Shown piece by piece: positions 31,507 through 39,268 of a stretch of 63,120 nt of DNA (positions are counted from its first letter, which is position 1; the number at the start of each line of letters is the position of its first letter). Below the pieces are notes generated by a model, which saw nothing but the letters and a program-made list of their open reading frames with translations, made no database searches and had not been told where the DNA came from. The DNA is from a virus (Duplodnaviria; Caudoviricetes). A program made the position numbers and the translations under genes. The DNA is taken from IMG/VR virus record IMGVR_UViG_3300045741_000433, positions 1-63,120 of that record; one strand, 5' to 3'.

Positions 31507-31591
31507 TGGTGGGAGCATGGGGAATCGAACCCCTGGCATGGAGACCCGAGAGTTTATAAGACTCTCTGCAAGAACCACTCGCGCTGCTCCC
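31507..31591 (-). tRNA. tRNA-Ile(TAT)
   Basis: AGAGT-CTTATAA-ACTCT, enlarged V region. Confidence 0.82.
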
Positions 31592-31727
31592 ATATCTATT
31601 TAACTATATATTATTTGGTCTTTAAACCGGATTCATAGTCCTAATATATTGTTTATCTAACTCGGTTAATTAAGGCGGTTAGAACGGTTCATAGTTTTTA
31701 TTCTATTAATAGATGACCGTAATATCA

Positions 31728-31784
31728 GCGGCAACAAAGATTGATGAGATTTTTTTGTTGAAATGTAATCACATCGGCATTCGC
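31728..31784 (-). ncRNA. Minimal Y-like RNA (motif only)
   Basis: AATGCCGATGTGATTACATT...ATCTCATC...TTTGT. Confidence 0.65.
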
Positions 31785-31787
31785 CTA

Positions 31788-31863
31788 TGGCGCTTCTGAT
31801 GGGGCTCGAACCCACCTGGGCTTGCTTGACAAACAAGTGAACTCACCCGAGTTCTACAGAAGC
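31788..31863 (-). tRNA. tRNA-Asp(GTC)
   Basis: Loop TTGTCAA, G73. Confidence 0.85.
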
Positions 31864-32343
31864 GTATCTGTTTCTATTAGCACAAACTAAACTACAATAC
31901 TTATGTCCTCTTTTAAGATACTTGGCTTTGAAATAAAATTCTTTCTTACAAAATAAACAGCTTGCTTTTATTTTGGGCTTAGTATTCTTACCCCTCATAC
32001 TCTGACTTATTTTATCTTTTACTTCCTGTGGAGTAATGAATCCGTATCTACCATCCCCACCGAGAGTTCCATTTGTTAATTCGCAACCTATACTTTTGTA
32101 ATAGGCAATTAACTCTATTTCTTTTTCTAGAGCTTCAACTTCTGAAATAGCTTCTTCTAAAACAATAATCTCTGGTTTAAAATTATCTTTCAAAAGACTT
32201 CTTAACCATGCAGATTTATGAGTAGCTCTCTTTAGATTTGAAGGCAATAAATGTTCTTTATATCTTTCCATATAATCTGAACTATAACCTATATATCTTA
32301 ATTCTTTAGAGATTGGATGTAGTAAACCATAAACATAAAACAT
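31843..32343 (-). CDS. GIY-YIG endonuclease between two Asp tRNAs
   Basis: FYVYGL...RYIGYS; ATG 1 nt after the upstream CCA. Confidence 0.85.
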   Translation of the reverse strand: MFYVYGLLHPISKELRYIGYSSDYMERYKEHLLPSNLKRATHKSAWLRSLLKDNFKPEIIVLEEAISEVEALEKEIELIAYYKSIGCELTNGTLGGDGRYGFITPQEVKDKISQSMRGKNTKPKIKASCLFCKKEFYFKAKYLKRGHKYCSLVCANRNRYASVELG

Positions 32344-32344
32344 C

Positions 32345-32419
32345 TGGCGGCACCGAGGGGAATCGAACCCCCATTGGAGCATTGACAATGCTCTGTCCTA
32401 ACCATTGAACGACGGCACC
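32345..32419 (-). tRNA. tRNA-Asp(GTC)
   Basis: GAGCA-TTGTCAA-TGCTC. Confidence 0.92.
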
Positions 32420-32426
32420 ATTATAC

Positions 32427-32858
32427 TTATGTTAAATCTTGACTAAAATCAAGAAGATGATCAAAGGGTCTTACTAATCTTCCTATTGTCAAATGATACC
32501 AAGGCTTGAAAACAAATCCAAGTTCTTGACGTATCGCCGACAAATCTTCTGAATAAACATCGACCCAAGCATGCTTACCATTTTCAAATCTTATTAAATG
32601 ACTGTAATGAAATTTAACTTCATAACCTTCATACTTGCCCCAATGTTCTGGTTTAGGAGGAGCTTCACCTTTCAATACTGAAACATGAGTTCCCCATAAC
32701 CCTTTATCATTAGGATGAAGTTCCATACCATTTCTTTTCAAAAGCCAAGAATAGTATGCAGATATATCATTATCGCAAGTTAATAAACCCCAATGAGGAA
32801 CAAACTTTTTGCTTCCTTTGCCAGGATCATATTGAAATATTCCAGTTGATGTAAACAT
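32427..32858 (-). CDS. Putative 2H phosphoesterase
   Basis: Two H-x-S/T motifs: THVSV and YHLTI. Confidence 0.65.
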   Translation of the reverse strand: MFTSTGIFQYDPGKGSKKFVPHWGLLTCDNDISAYYSWLLKRNGMELHPNDKGLWGTHVSVLKGEAPPKPEHWGKYEGYEVKFHYSHLIRFENGKHAWVDVYSEDLSAIRQELGFVFKPWYHLTIGRLVRPFDHLLDFSQDLT

Positions 32859-32876
32859 GACTTACTCATTTTAATT

Positions 32877-32949
32877 TGGCTCTCCCCCAAGGACTTGAAC
32901 CTTAACTCTCGACCTCAAATGGTCGCCGTGCTAATTACACTAGAGAAGA
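32877..32949 (-). tRNA. Gln-like tRNA with abnormal anticodon loop
   Basis: U1, G73-CCA, loop ATTTGA. Confidence 0.6.
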
Positions 32950-32956
32950 ATATTTT

Positions 32957-33154
32957 GATGACTAAAGTAGTAAAGATAATAATTACTAGATTAACCCAAC
33001 TAGAAATCATATGGGACATGAACGAACTGTTGCATGCTTTTGTACTTGTAGTTTGCTCCACTAACAAGTTTTTAGAATATCTGGCTAAAACACCCTGCCT
33101 GATACAGTAGTTAGGTGCGCTCGGTATTGCATTGTAATCTTTACAGCATTCATC
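32957..33154 (-). ncRNA. Y-like RNA with about 150-nt non-tRNA cargo
   Basis: GATG-AATGCTGTAAAGATTACAAT...ATCTTTAC...TTTAGT-CATC. Confidence 0.65.
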
Positions 33155-33218
33155 GGATACAACTTTTCTTCGCTCAAGAAACCATTTCTATGTTGCAATG
33201 CGGCCGTTGTGTGACCTT

Positions 33219-33296
33219 TAGTTCTTGCCACAGGATTTGAACCCATTCCTTCCAGCCTTCAATTGACTTGATGTGCGCGCCATACACTGTGCAGAA
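33219..33296 (-). pseudogene. Degenerate tRNA (TTG-like)
   Basis: T loop GTTCAAATC, weak stems. Confidence 0.45.
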
Positions 33297-33298
33297 TC

Positions 33299-33390
33299 TG
33301 GTCCCCTTCCCAAGACTTTCACTTGGATCACTCCGTTTAGACAGGAGCGTCATACAGGTTCGTTATGGCCTGTTATTAAACCAGAAGGAG
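33299..33390 (-). ncRNA. tRNA-like RNA with D-loop hairpin and CUA-containing loop
   Basis: CTCCTTC/GAAGGGG-A-CCA; ACAGG...CCTGT insert; loop TGTCTAAAC. Confidence 0.65.
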
Positions 33391-33519
33391 ATAAATTTTG
33401 ATTGTGCTAAAACCGTCACTGAATGTACTTATCAGATCTTTTTTTAGTCCAGGAGTAAAGGTCCAGATGCTCTTACATTACACAATCAGGATCCTCATTT
33501 CGAACTGAGATTATCCTTT

Positions 33520-33651
33520 TGGCTCTAAGACTAGGACTCGAACCTAGAAAGTGTTTTACCACCGGGCGGTTATCTTTGGAACATTCCGAATCGAACGGAC
33601 ATTTACCTTTAGTTCCCACAGCCGCCTGCCTTGCCATTAGGCTATCTTAGA
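33520..33651 (-). tRNA. tRNA-Asn(GTT) interrupted by a 45-nt nested mini-tRNA
   Basis: GGCGG-CTGT[33573-33617]TAA-CCGCC; G73-CCA. Confidence 0.8.
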
Positions 33652-33654
33652 ATA

Positions 33655-33820
33655 TAGTGACAAAAATTGTAAAGATACTTTGCGCCCTTGCACTTTATGA
33701 TTCTCTTTCGAGAACCCCACTTGTGCTACGGTAGTTCAACTTATATCACAAAGTTGCCGGTGAGGTTTGATACTCACACCATCAGAGCATGATTAAATGT
33801 AATCCTTACTGCATTCACTA
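33655..33820 (-). ncRNA. YrlA-like Y RNA with elaborated tRNA domain
   Basis: TAGTG-AATGCAGTAAGGATTACATT...TTTTGT-CACTA; GTGAG/CTCAC T arm. Confidence 0.72.
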
Positions 33821-33833
33821 ACTGAATTATGTA

Positions 33834-33909
33834 ATTAATTTATCCATCCCATTAACGTGCCTGTTGGGCAAACAGGATGACACGGGGTTGCCCAGAATAA
33901 ATTAACTAC
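33834..33909 (-). ncRNA. Unassigned structured RNA, possible pseudoknot
   Basis: Terminal stem; GGGCAA can pair with loop TTGCCC. Confidence 0.45.
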
Positions 33910-33987
33910 TGGCTCCGAAGGCCGGATTCGAACCAGTAACAAAACGAAGTTAACAGCTTCGCGGTTTCACCATTCACCCACCTCGGA
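33910..33987 (-). tRNA. tRNA-Asn(GTT)
   Basis: CGAAG-CTGTTAA-CTTCG. Confidence 0.92.
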
Positions 33988-34070
33988 ATATTGCGTTGTA
34001 AGTCTAGGATCCTTTCCTGTTTTAGCAAACTTACAACTATAATAGTAGCTAAACTATCCAACTATCATAA

Positions 34071-34132
34071 ATTATGCGGCGGACTTAAACCACCTCTGAT
34101 CCTTATGTCAGATCCTTTTGCTGGAACATAAT
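34071..34132 (-). ncRNA. D-armless tRNA-like RNA
   Basis: T arm GGTGG-TTTAAGT-CCGCC, TCTGA/TCAGA arm, ATTATG/CATAAT ends. Confidence 0.5.
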
Positions 34133-34133
34133 G

Positions 34134-34211
34134 TGGTGGGAGAGGATGGAATTGAACCACCGCGCCTTAAACTTTTTAAGGTTTAATGCTCTTTCTCTGA
34201 GCTACTCTCCC
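34134..34211 (-). tRNA. tRNA-like RNA with 8-nt anticodon loop (CTTAAAAA)
   Basis: Good D, T and acceptor arms, CCA. Confidence 0.7.
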
Positions 34212-34252
34212 ATATAAAAGTATGCGCCTTATTTAAGGATATCAGCATACTC

Positions 34253-34327
34253 TGGCGCCGCCAACTGGACTTTCACCAATATCTCCGCCCGTTAAAAGGG
34301 GCGTTTTAATATTTAAACTAAAGCGGC
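34253..34327 (-). tRNA. tRNA with ambiguous 8-nt loop (CTTTTAAC)
   Basis: Cloverleaf, G73-CCA. Confidence 0.6.
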
Positions 34328-34336
34328 ATAATAAAA

Positions 34337-34413
34337 TGGTGACCCTGGTGGGAATTGAACCCAACATTTGGAGGGTGAAAATCTCCGATCCTGAACCATT
34401 AGAAGACAGGGCC
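34337..34413 (-). tRNA. tRNA-Glu(TTC)
   Basis: Loop TTTTCAC. Confidence 0.88.
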
Positions 34414-34416
34414 ATT

Positions 34417-34498
34417 TGGAGCGAATAGTGGGACTCGAACCCACGTTGTTGTATTTCTGCTTGGAAGGCAGATGCCGTCGCCACTGAGCCATATTCGC
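34417..34498 (-). tRNA. tRNA-Gly(TCC), enlarged V region
   Basis: TCTGC-CTTCCAA-GCAGA, U73. Confidence 0.88.
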
Positions 34499-34503
34499 TT
34501 AAC

Positions 34504-34632
34504 TGTAACAACAAGAATCGAAGAGTCTATTTTAACTTAGCACCAACTCTCCCATATAGTGGGAGATAAGAGAATCGGACTCTATTCAGTTCTTTTTTCC
34601 TAAGATGTAAACCCTTACAGGCATTTGTTACA
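34504..34632 (-). ncRNA. YrlA-like Y RNA
   Basis: TGTAACA-AATGCCTGTAAGGGTTTACATC...TTGT-TGTTACA; T-like arm and loop-closed acceptor stem. Confidence 0.7.
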
Positions 34633-34709
34633 TGGCAGGTGCCGAAGGGGTTACACCTTCACTTTGACAGTCTTTGTGACTGTTGCCTCTATATTTGGGC
34701 TAGACACCT
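34633..34709 (-). tRNA. Atypical tRNA (loop CACAAAG, Trp-like acceptor)
   Basis: AGG...CCT-G-CCA; A at position 33. Confidence 0.55.
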
Positions 34710-34732
34710 ATAAATAACTTAATTATACTAAC

Positions 34733-34808
34733 TGGTCAGGGCTACTGAAATTGCATCAGTACCGCTCGGCTCCAGACCGACTATGCTGCTGTTAAACACC
34801 AAACCCTG
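34733..34808 (-). tRNA. tRNA-Pro(TGG), atypical
   Basis: C1-G72, A73, loop TCTGGAG. Confidence 0.7.
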
Positions 34809-34820
34809 ATATACTTACCA

Positions 34821-35333
34821 TCACAAAATTAGCTCACCACTATGATAAGCTGCATGACAATTTTTACATAATAAAACACAATTTACTAACTCTTTATCAA
34901 TTTTACTTCTTGTCCAGTATCTTATTGATGAAAATGAAATATCTTTTTTCGATGGATCAGGATGATGAACATCTAAAGATGATTTCCATTTAGAAAAATT
35001 ACAACAAATATTTGAACATTTGCCGCCTAATTTTTCAAGAATATAAATTCTATTTTCTTGACCTTTTAGAAGAGTATATTTACAATGACACTTTGCACAC
35101 ACTGTAGTTTTATTTCCATAAAATTTAAAGGGATCAGTTTCGCCACATCCACATTTTCTTTCAAAAAGAAAATCTTTTGGCTTTTTACCCCTAGCTCCTC
35201 TCTTTAGTTTTAACTCAAACTTTTTAAGCCAATATCTAACATTAGAGATAGAAGTATTACATTCTATAGAAATTTGTTTTAAAGTAAAACCACGCTCAAT
35301 TAATTCATGAAGTATTGTTTTTTCCATACCCAT
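34821..35333 (-). CDS. HNH endonuclease with N-terminal HTH
   Basis: LDVHHPDP...CVLLCKNCH. Confidence 0.85.
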   Translation of the reverse strand: MGMEKTILHELIERGFTLKQISIECNTSISNVRYWLKKFELKLKRGARGKKPKDFLFERKCGCGETDPFKFYGNKTTVCAKCHCKYTLLKGQENRIYILEKLGGKCSNICCNFSKWKSSLDVHHPDPSKKDISFSSIRYWTRSKIDKELVNCVLLCKNCHAAYHSGELIL

Positions 35334-35357
35334 TGATATAACATAGGTTGGTAAACA

Positions 35358-35433
35358 TGGTCAGACCACTCAGATTTGAACTGAGACTATCGCAACCCAA
35401 ATGCGATGTGATACCAGATTTCACTATGGTCTG
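35358..35433 (-). tRNA. tRNA-Pro(TGG)
   Basis: TCGCA-TTTGGGT-TGCGA. Confidence 0.92.
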
Positions 35434-35521
35434 AAAATTATTAGATTGTCAAGAAACATGCCGCAAATACTTTACCTAGTTTGCTCTGATAAAATACTGA
35501 AACCTAAATTCCTAATACGGT

Positions 35522-35603
35522 TGGTGGAGCAGGTAGGAATCGAACCTACTGGCGGAAAGCGGGGAGGTTACAGCTCCCTGGATACCCATTATCCATCTAC
35601 TCC
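35522..35603 (-). tRNA. tRNA-Tyr(GTA)
   Basis: GGGAG-CTGTAAC-CTCCC, long V arm. Confidence 0.9.
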
Positions 35604-35606
35604 ATA

Positions 35607-35660
35607 GCTGACAAAATTTGATGAGATTTTTTTTCCAATGTAATCACATCTGCATTCAGC
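35607..35660 (-). ncRNA. Minimal Y-like RNA (motif only)
   Basis: GCTG-AATGCAGATGTGATTACATT...ATCTCATC...TTTGT-CAGC. Confidence 0.68.
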
Positions 35661-35754
35661 ATGGTGCCCTTAATTTGATGTAATCTCACCAAGGACATTA
35701 ATGTCCAGATGTCAGTTGCGTCTTAAGTCACGACTTATATATGACATCTAAACT

Positions 35755-35837
35755 TGGTGGGGGAGCCAGGAATTAAACCTGGGACCTCAACGTTTTCCTT
35801 ACGGTATCGTTGCGCTCTTTCTCTGAGCTACTCCCCC
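35755..35837 (-). ncRNA. tRNA-like RNA with elongated anticodon arm
   Basis: Same D arm as 34134-34211; CAACG-ATA-CC-GTAA-GG-AAAA-CGTTG. Confidence 0.7.
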
Positions 35838-35994
35838 ATATAAAATGGTGAATCGTATCTTTTATATATCCTTATTGATAGAAGTTTTTTATTTTTCTTT
35901 CAATTTTTTGTTGCTGCGTGCCAATCAATATAACCGCACAAATTGACCTGTCAAGCCGGCTTATTTTTTTAAATAACTTACAGGCGGGCAAACA

Positions 35995-36525
35995 TTAATC
36001 TTGCTCTTCATCACCAAACTTTATAAAACCAAACTTATTTTTAATTTCATTAGCAATGAAAGGTGGCACAAAACTAGAAATATCACCTTCAAATCTAGCA
36101 ATTGTTTTAGCCCCAGAAGAAGATACTACTGCCAAATTTGGACTAGTTGGCAAAAATACCGTCTCAATTTCTGGCGCTAAAACTTTATTTACATTAGCTA
36201 AATTAATTTCATATTCGAAATCAGATACAGATCTAATTCCTCTAATTAAAACTTTTGCATTTAATTCTTTTGCAAGATTAACTATTAATCCATTAAAAGA
36301 AACAACACTTACATTTTTATTATTTAATGATTCGGTAAAGCCGGAAGCTAAAACATAATTAATCATTGCCAATCTTTCATCAATAGAAAACATTGTAGTC
36401 TTCTTTTCATGATTAACTCCAATTGCAATAACTAATTTATCACATATAGATAAACTTCTTTTAAGAATATCTATATGTCCATTAGTTATTGGATCAAAGC
36501 TTCCGGCGTAAATACCTGTAATCAT
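35995..36525 (-). CDS. coaD: Phosphopantetheine adenylyltransferase
   Basis: YAGSFDPITNGH, IRGIRSVSDFEYE, VSSS. Confidence 0.93.
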   Translation of the reverse strand: MITGIYAGSFDPITNGHIDILKRSLSICDKLVIAIGVNHEKKTTMFSIDERLAMINYVLASGFTESLNNKNVSVVSFNGLIVNLAKELNAKVLIRGIRSVSDFEYEINLANVNKVLAPEIETVFLPTSPNLAVVSSSGAKTIARFEGDISSFVPPFIANEIKNKFGFIKFGDEEQD

Positions 36526-36534
36526 TTATTTTTA

Positions 36535-37173
36535 TTACTTTTTATCTGGGGTTTTGTTATTGAAAAAGTTTTGTTGAGGATTAACTGAACTACGATAATT
36601 GCCAACTGATTCAGAAACGCTTCTATATAAATCACGAGTTCCGGCAGCGGTTGCATTATAATTCATAGTATTTGCAGCGGCAACACCAAGAGAAACGCCC
36701 TCTGCAATTGCATCAATGTTAGCTCCCATAAATACAAATTCCCAATTATAAGTATTACGTTGATGCTCTACCATTTCTTTAATTTGAGCTTTTGTAAATT
36801 CACGGCTAGCATTTTCTTGACCATCAGTAATGATTAAGAATAAAACTTTAGAAGGTCTTTCACTCTCTGGCATGGCGGCTAATTTAGCGCCAACAGAATT
36901 AATTGTATTACCCATAGCATCTAACAAAGCAGTGCTGCCATTTGGCTTATAAACTTTATCATCAAGATTAGGAACAGAACCCAACTTAACAAAATCATGA
37001 ACTAATCTATAATCAATATTGAAAGTGCAAAGAGTAAAATTTGCTTCACCAGGAAGAACTTTTTGTTCAGAAAGGAAAGTATTAAAACTTCCAATAGTAT
37101 CAGTAGCTAAATGTTGCATAGATCCGCTTTGGTCTATAATTACATTAATTGAGGTAAAATTTTCTTTTGTCAT
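36535..37173 (-). CDS. vWA-domain protein
   Basis: DQSGSM, TALLDA, ITDGQENAS. Confidence 0.9.
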   Translation of the reverse strand: MTKENFTSINVIIDQSGSMQHLATDTIGSFNTFLSEQKVLPGEANFTLCTFNIDYRLVHDFVKLGSVPNLDDKVYKPNGSTALLDAMGNTINSVGAKLAAMPESERPSKVLFLIITDGQENASREFTKAQIKEMVEHQRNTYNWEFVFMGANIDAIAEGVSLGVAAANTMNYNATAAGTRDLYRSVSESVGNYRSSVNPQQNFFNNKTPDKK

Positions 37174-37182
37174 AATTGTTTC

Positions 37183-37476
37183 CTATTTCTTAAAAATTGA
37201 GTCTAACACAGATATAACCTTTTCGCAAAATTCTTTGCCATAAGAATCTGAAATAGATTCTTCTAATTTTGAAATAATTCTATCGTGTTTCATGCCAGCA
37301 TTTTTAGCACTTTTATATAAATCAATCCAATCTGGTACATAACCTTTTTCTATAAATAAACTAAATATTACATCAAGCGGTAATCCATGAGTTTCATAGA
37401 ATTTATATATTCCAGACATAACAGGCTTGTCGCCAGAAACTCCAGATTGAATTAAAATATCTTTATGTAATTTCAT
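37183..37476 (-). CDS. Stand-alone AlaRS helical-domain-like protein
   Basis: YKFYETHGLPLD resembles the AlaRS F-x-LYDTYGFP-x-D motif. Confidence 0.55.
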   Translation of the reverse strand: MKLHKDILIQSGVSGDKPVMSGIYKFYETHGLPLDVIFSLFIEKGYVPDWIDLYKSAKNAGMKHDRIISKLEESISDSYGKEFCEKVISVLDSIFKK

Positions 37477-37708
37477 TTAATTTTAACTTTTCTGCTCTGG
37501 ATAATTGTTTTATTTTATATTCTAATTTTAATGCGGCTGATTTGTTTTCTACTTCAAAATATTTTAATAATGAAACCGGCCTTCTACTTTTGGTATAACG
37601 AGCCCCTTTGCCATCATTATGAGCTTTAATTCTTTTATCTAAATTATTAGTAATACCAGTATAAAGTGAATCATCTCTCGAACAACGAACAATATATACG
37701 TACCACAT
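37463..37708 (-). CDS. UPF0213 GIY-YIG nuclease
   Basis: YVYIVRC...LYTGIT...HNDGKGARYT. Confidence 0.9.
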   Translation of the reverse strand: MWYVYIVRCSRDDSLYTGITNNLDKRIKAHNDGKGARYTKSRRPVSLLKYFEVENKSAALKLEYKIKQLSRAEKLKLNEIT

Positions 37709-38426
37709 TATTTTAATTTAGCAATACGCGTTGTTTCAACTTTATCAATTTCTACATAAGCCAACCACTTATCACCTTCATGGTTTTTTAAAACATTATT
37801 TGCATAATCAAATGCATCATCTAATACATTAAATGAAGTAGCTCTAATTGTTCTATCATCAATTTTATCTGATGGTATTGCCTCTTCATCCCAAGAAAGG
37901 CCAGCAGATTTTTCTTCATCAACTGCAAAATCACCAACGCTAACTACATATGAAATTGTCATTTAAAATTTCCTTAACTTTTTTGGCATATAATTTAATT
38001 CATCTTTTAAACATGCCCTGCCTAATTTAGGATCTTTCTTTATAAAATTAGAATACCTTGATTCCAAATATTTTTTATATGTGGGATATTTTTTAGGAAC
38101 TGGTTTCCATTTTTCTGAACAACATTCATCAGAAATCATTCCCTTATATTTAAAACCTAATTCATGGGCAAAAACTATTTCAAGATAAAATATCCACAAA
38201 TCACCATGACGATGTTCTAATTTTCTTTTGGACTCAATCCATATAATAAACCCTGATTCATAACCAGTTTTTTGTTTAAAAGAGATATACCAACAACCAT
38301 CCCATTCAGGATCTTCTTTTATAGAAAGCAATCCATTGAATCTTCTTTGATTTATTTCCTGAAGATCTTTATATACTTCATCTTTCTTTAAATTCTTTTT
38401 AGAAGAAATATAACCATGATTAGCCA

Positions 38427-39268
38427 TTAAACACCAAACACTTTTTTGAAAGTATCAAACAAAACAGTTGGCTGTCTCGTATCATATACAGCAAATGTAA
38501 CGTGTTCAAATTCTTTAGGAACATCTTCTAACATATCTTTAAATGTTTGAGCAATTAACTCTGGATTGTTTCGATACGCACCACACCCCCAAGCACCAAG
38601 AATAATATTTTTGTGACCATTCAATGTTGCTACTTTTAGAATTTTTCTAATTCTATGAGCTAAAAATTGTAAAGTAATAAGTTCTTCTTCATCTTCCATT
38701 CCATTTAAATTTGGGGCAGGCGATGAAACAATTGAAAGATTAAATGGTTCATTTAAAAATTCTAATTTTTCATTTCTAAAAAAGGTACATTTGGGGAATA
38801 TATAATACCATCAGTATAATAATTATTATCAAAAAGTATATTAGCATTATAAAATAATGGCTTACTTTTTAAACAACTATATAATCCAGAACATCTACAT
38901 AAATCTTCTTCTTGAGCAATTGCTCCAGCCAGAAATCCACCTCCAGGAGTTTTACCAGAAGCAAAATTTAAAGCAACCAAATTTTCTTTACCTTCTGAAT
39001 ATAGTCTAACAGCTGTTTGAGCGGTCGTTTCATTTACCACCTCTATCTTAAATAATGGCTCTCCTTTTTCAGAACTATAATCATACTTATAATCAGCAGA
39101 ATAATATTTCGTGCCACTAACGGCAGCATCAAGCGCTACAGAGATATCAACTTCATTACCATTTAAAGAAGTATACTTCTTTTCTTTTAAAAGATTAATA
39201 GTTGCTTTAGCAATAGAAACATTTTGTGTTCTAGCATTCATTATTTCTACGCCATCTCGTTTAATCAT
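38427..39268 (-). CDS. TIGR02452 microbial PARG-like protein split by a -1 frameshift
   Basis: LNFAS...GGGF...QEE in ORF1; SPAPN and LGAWGCG in the -1 frame. Confidence 0.8.

Noticed and set aside
4124-35333. Endonucleases as ORFs within group I introns of tRNAs
   Set aside because: The flanking tRNAs are complete on their own and no group I core was seen.
28845-35607. ORFs at 28845, 30665, 32895, 34242 and 35401
   Set aside because: They are translations of tRNA or Y-RNA sequence.
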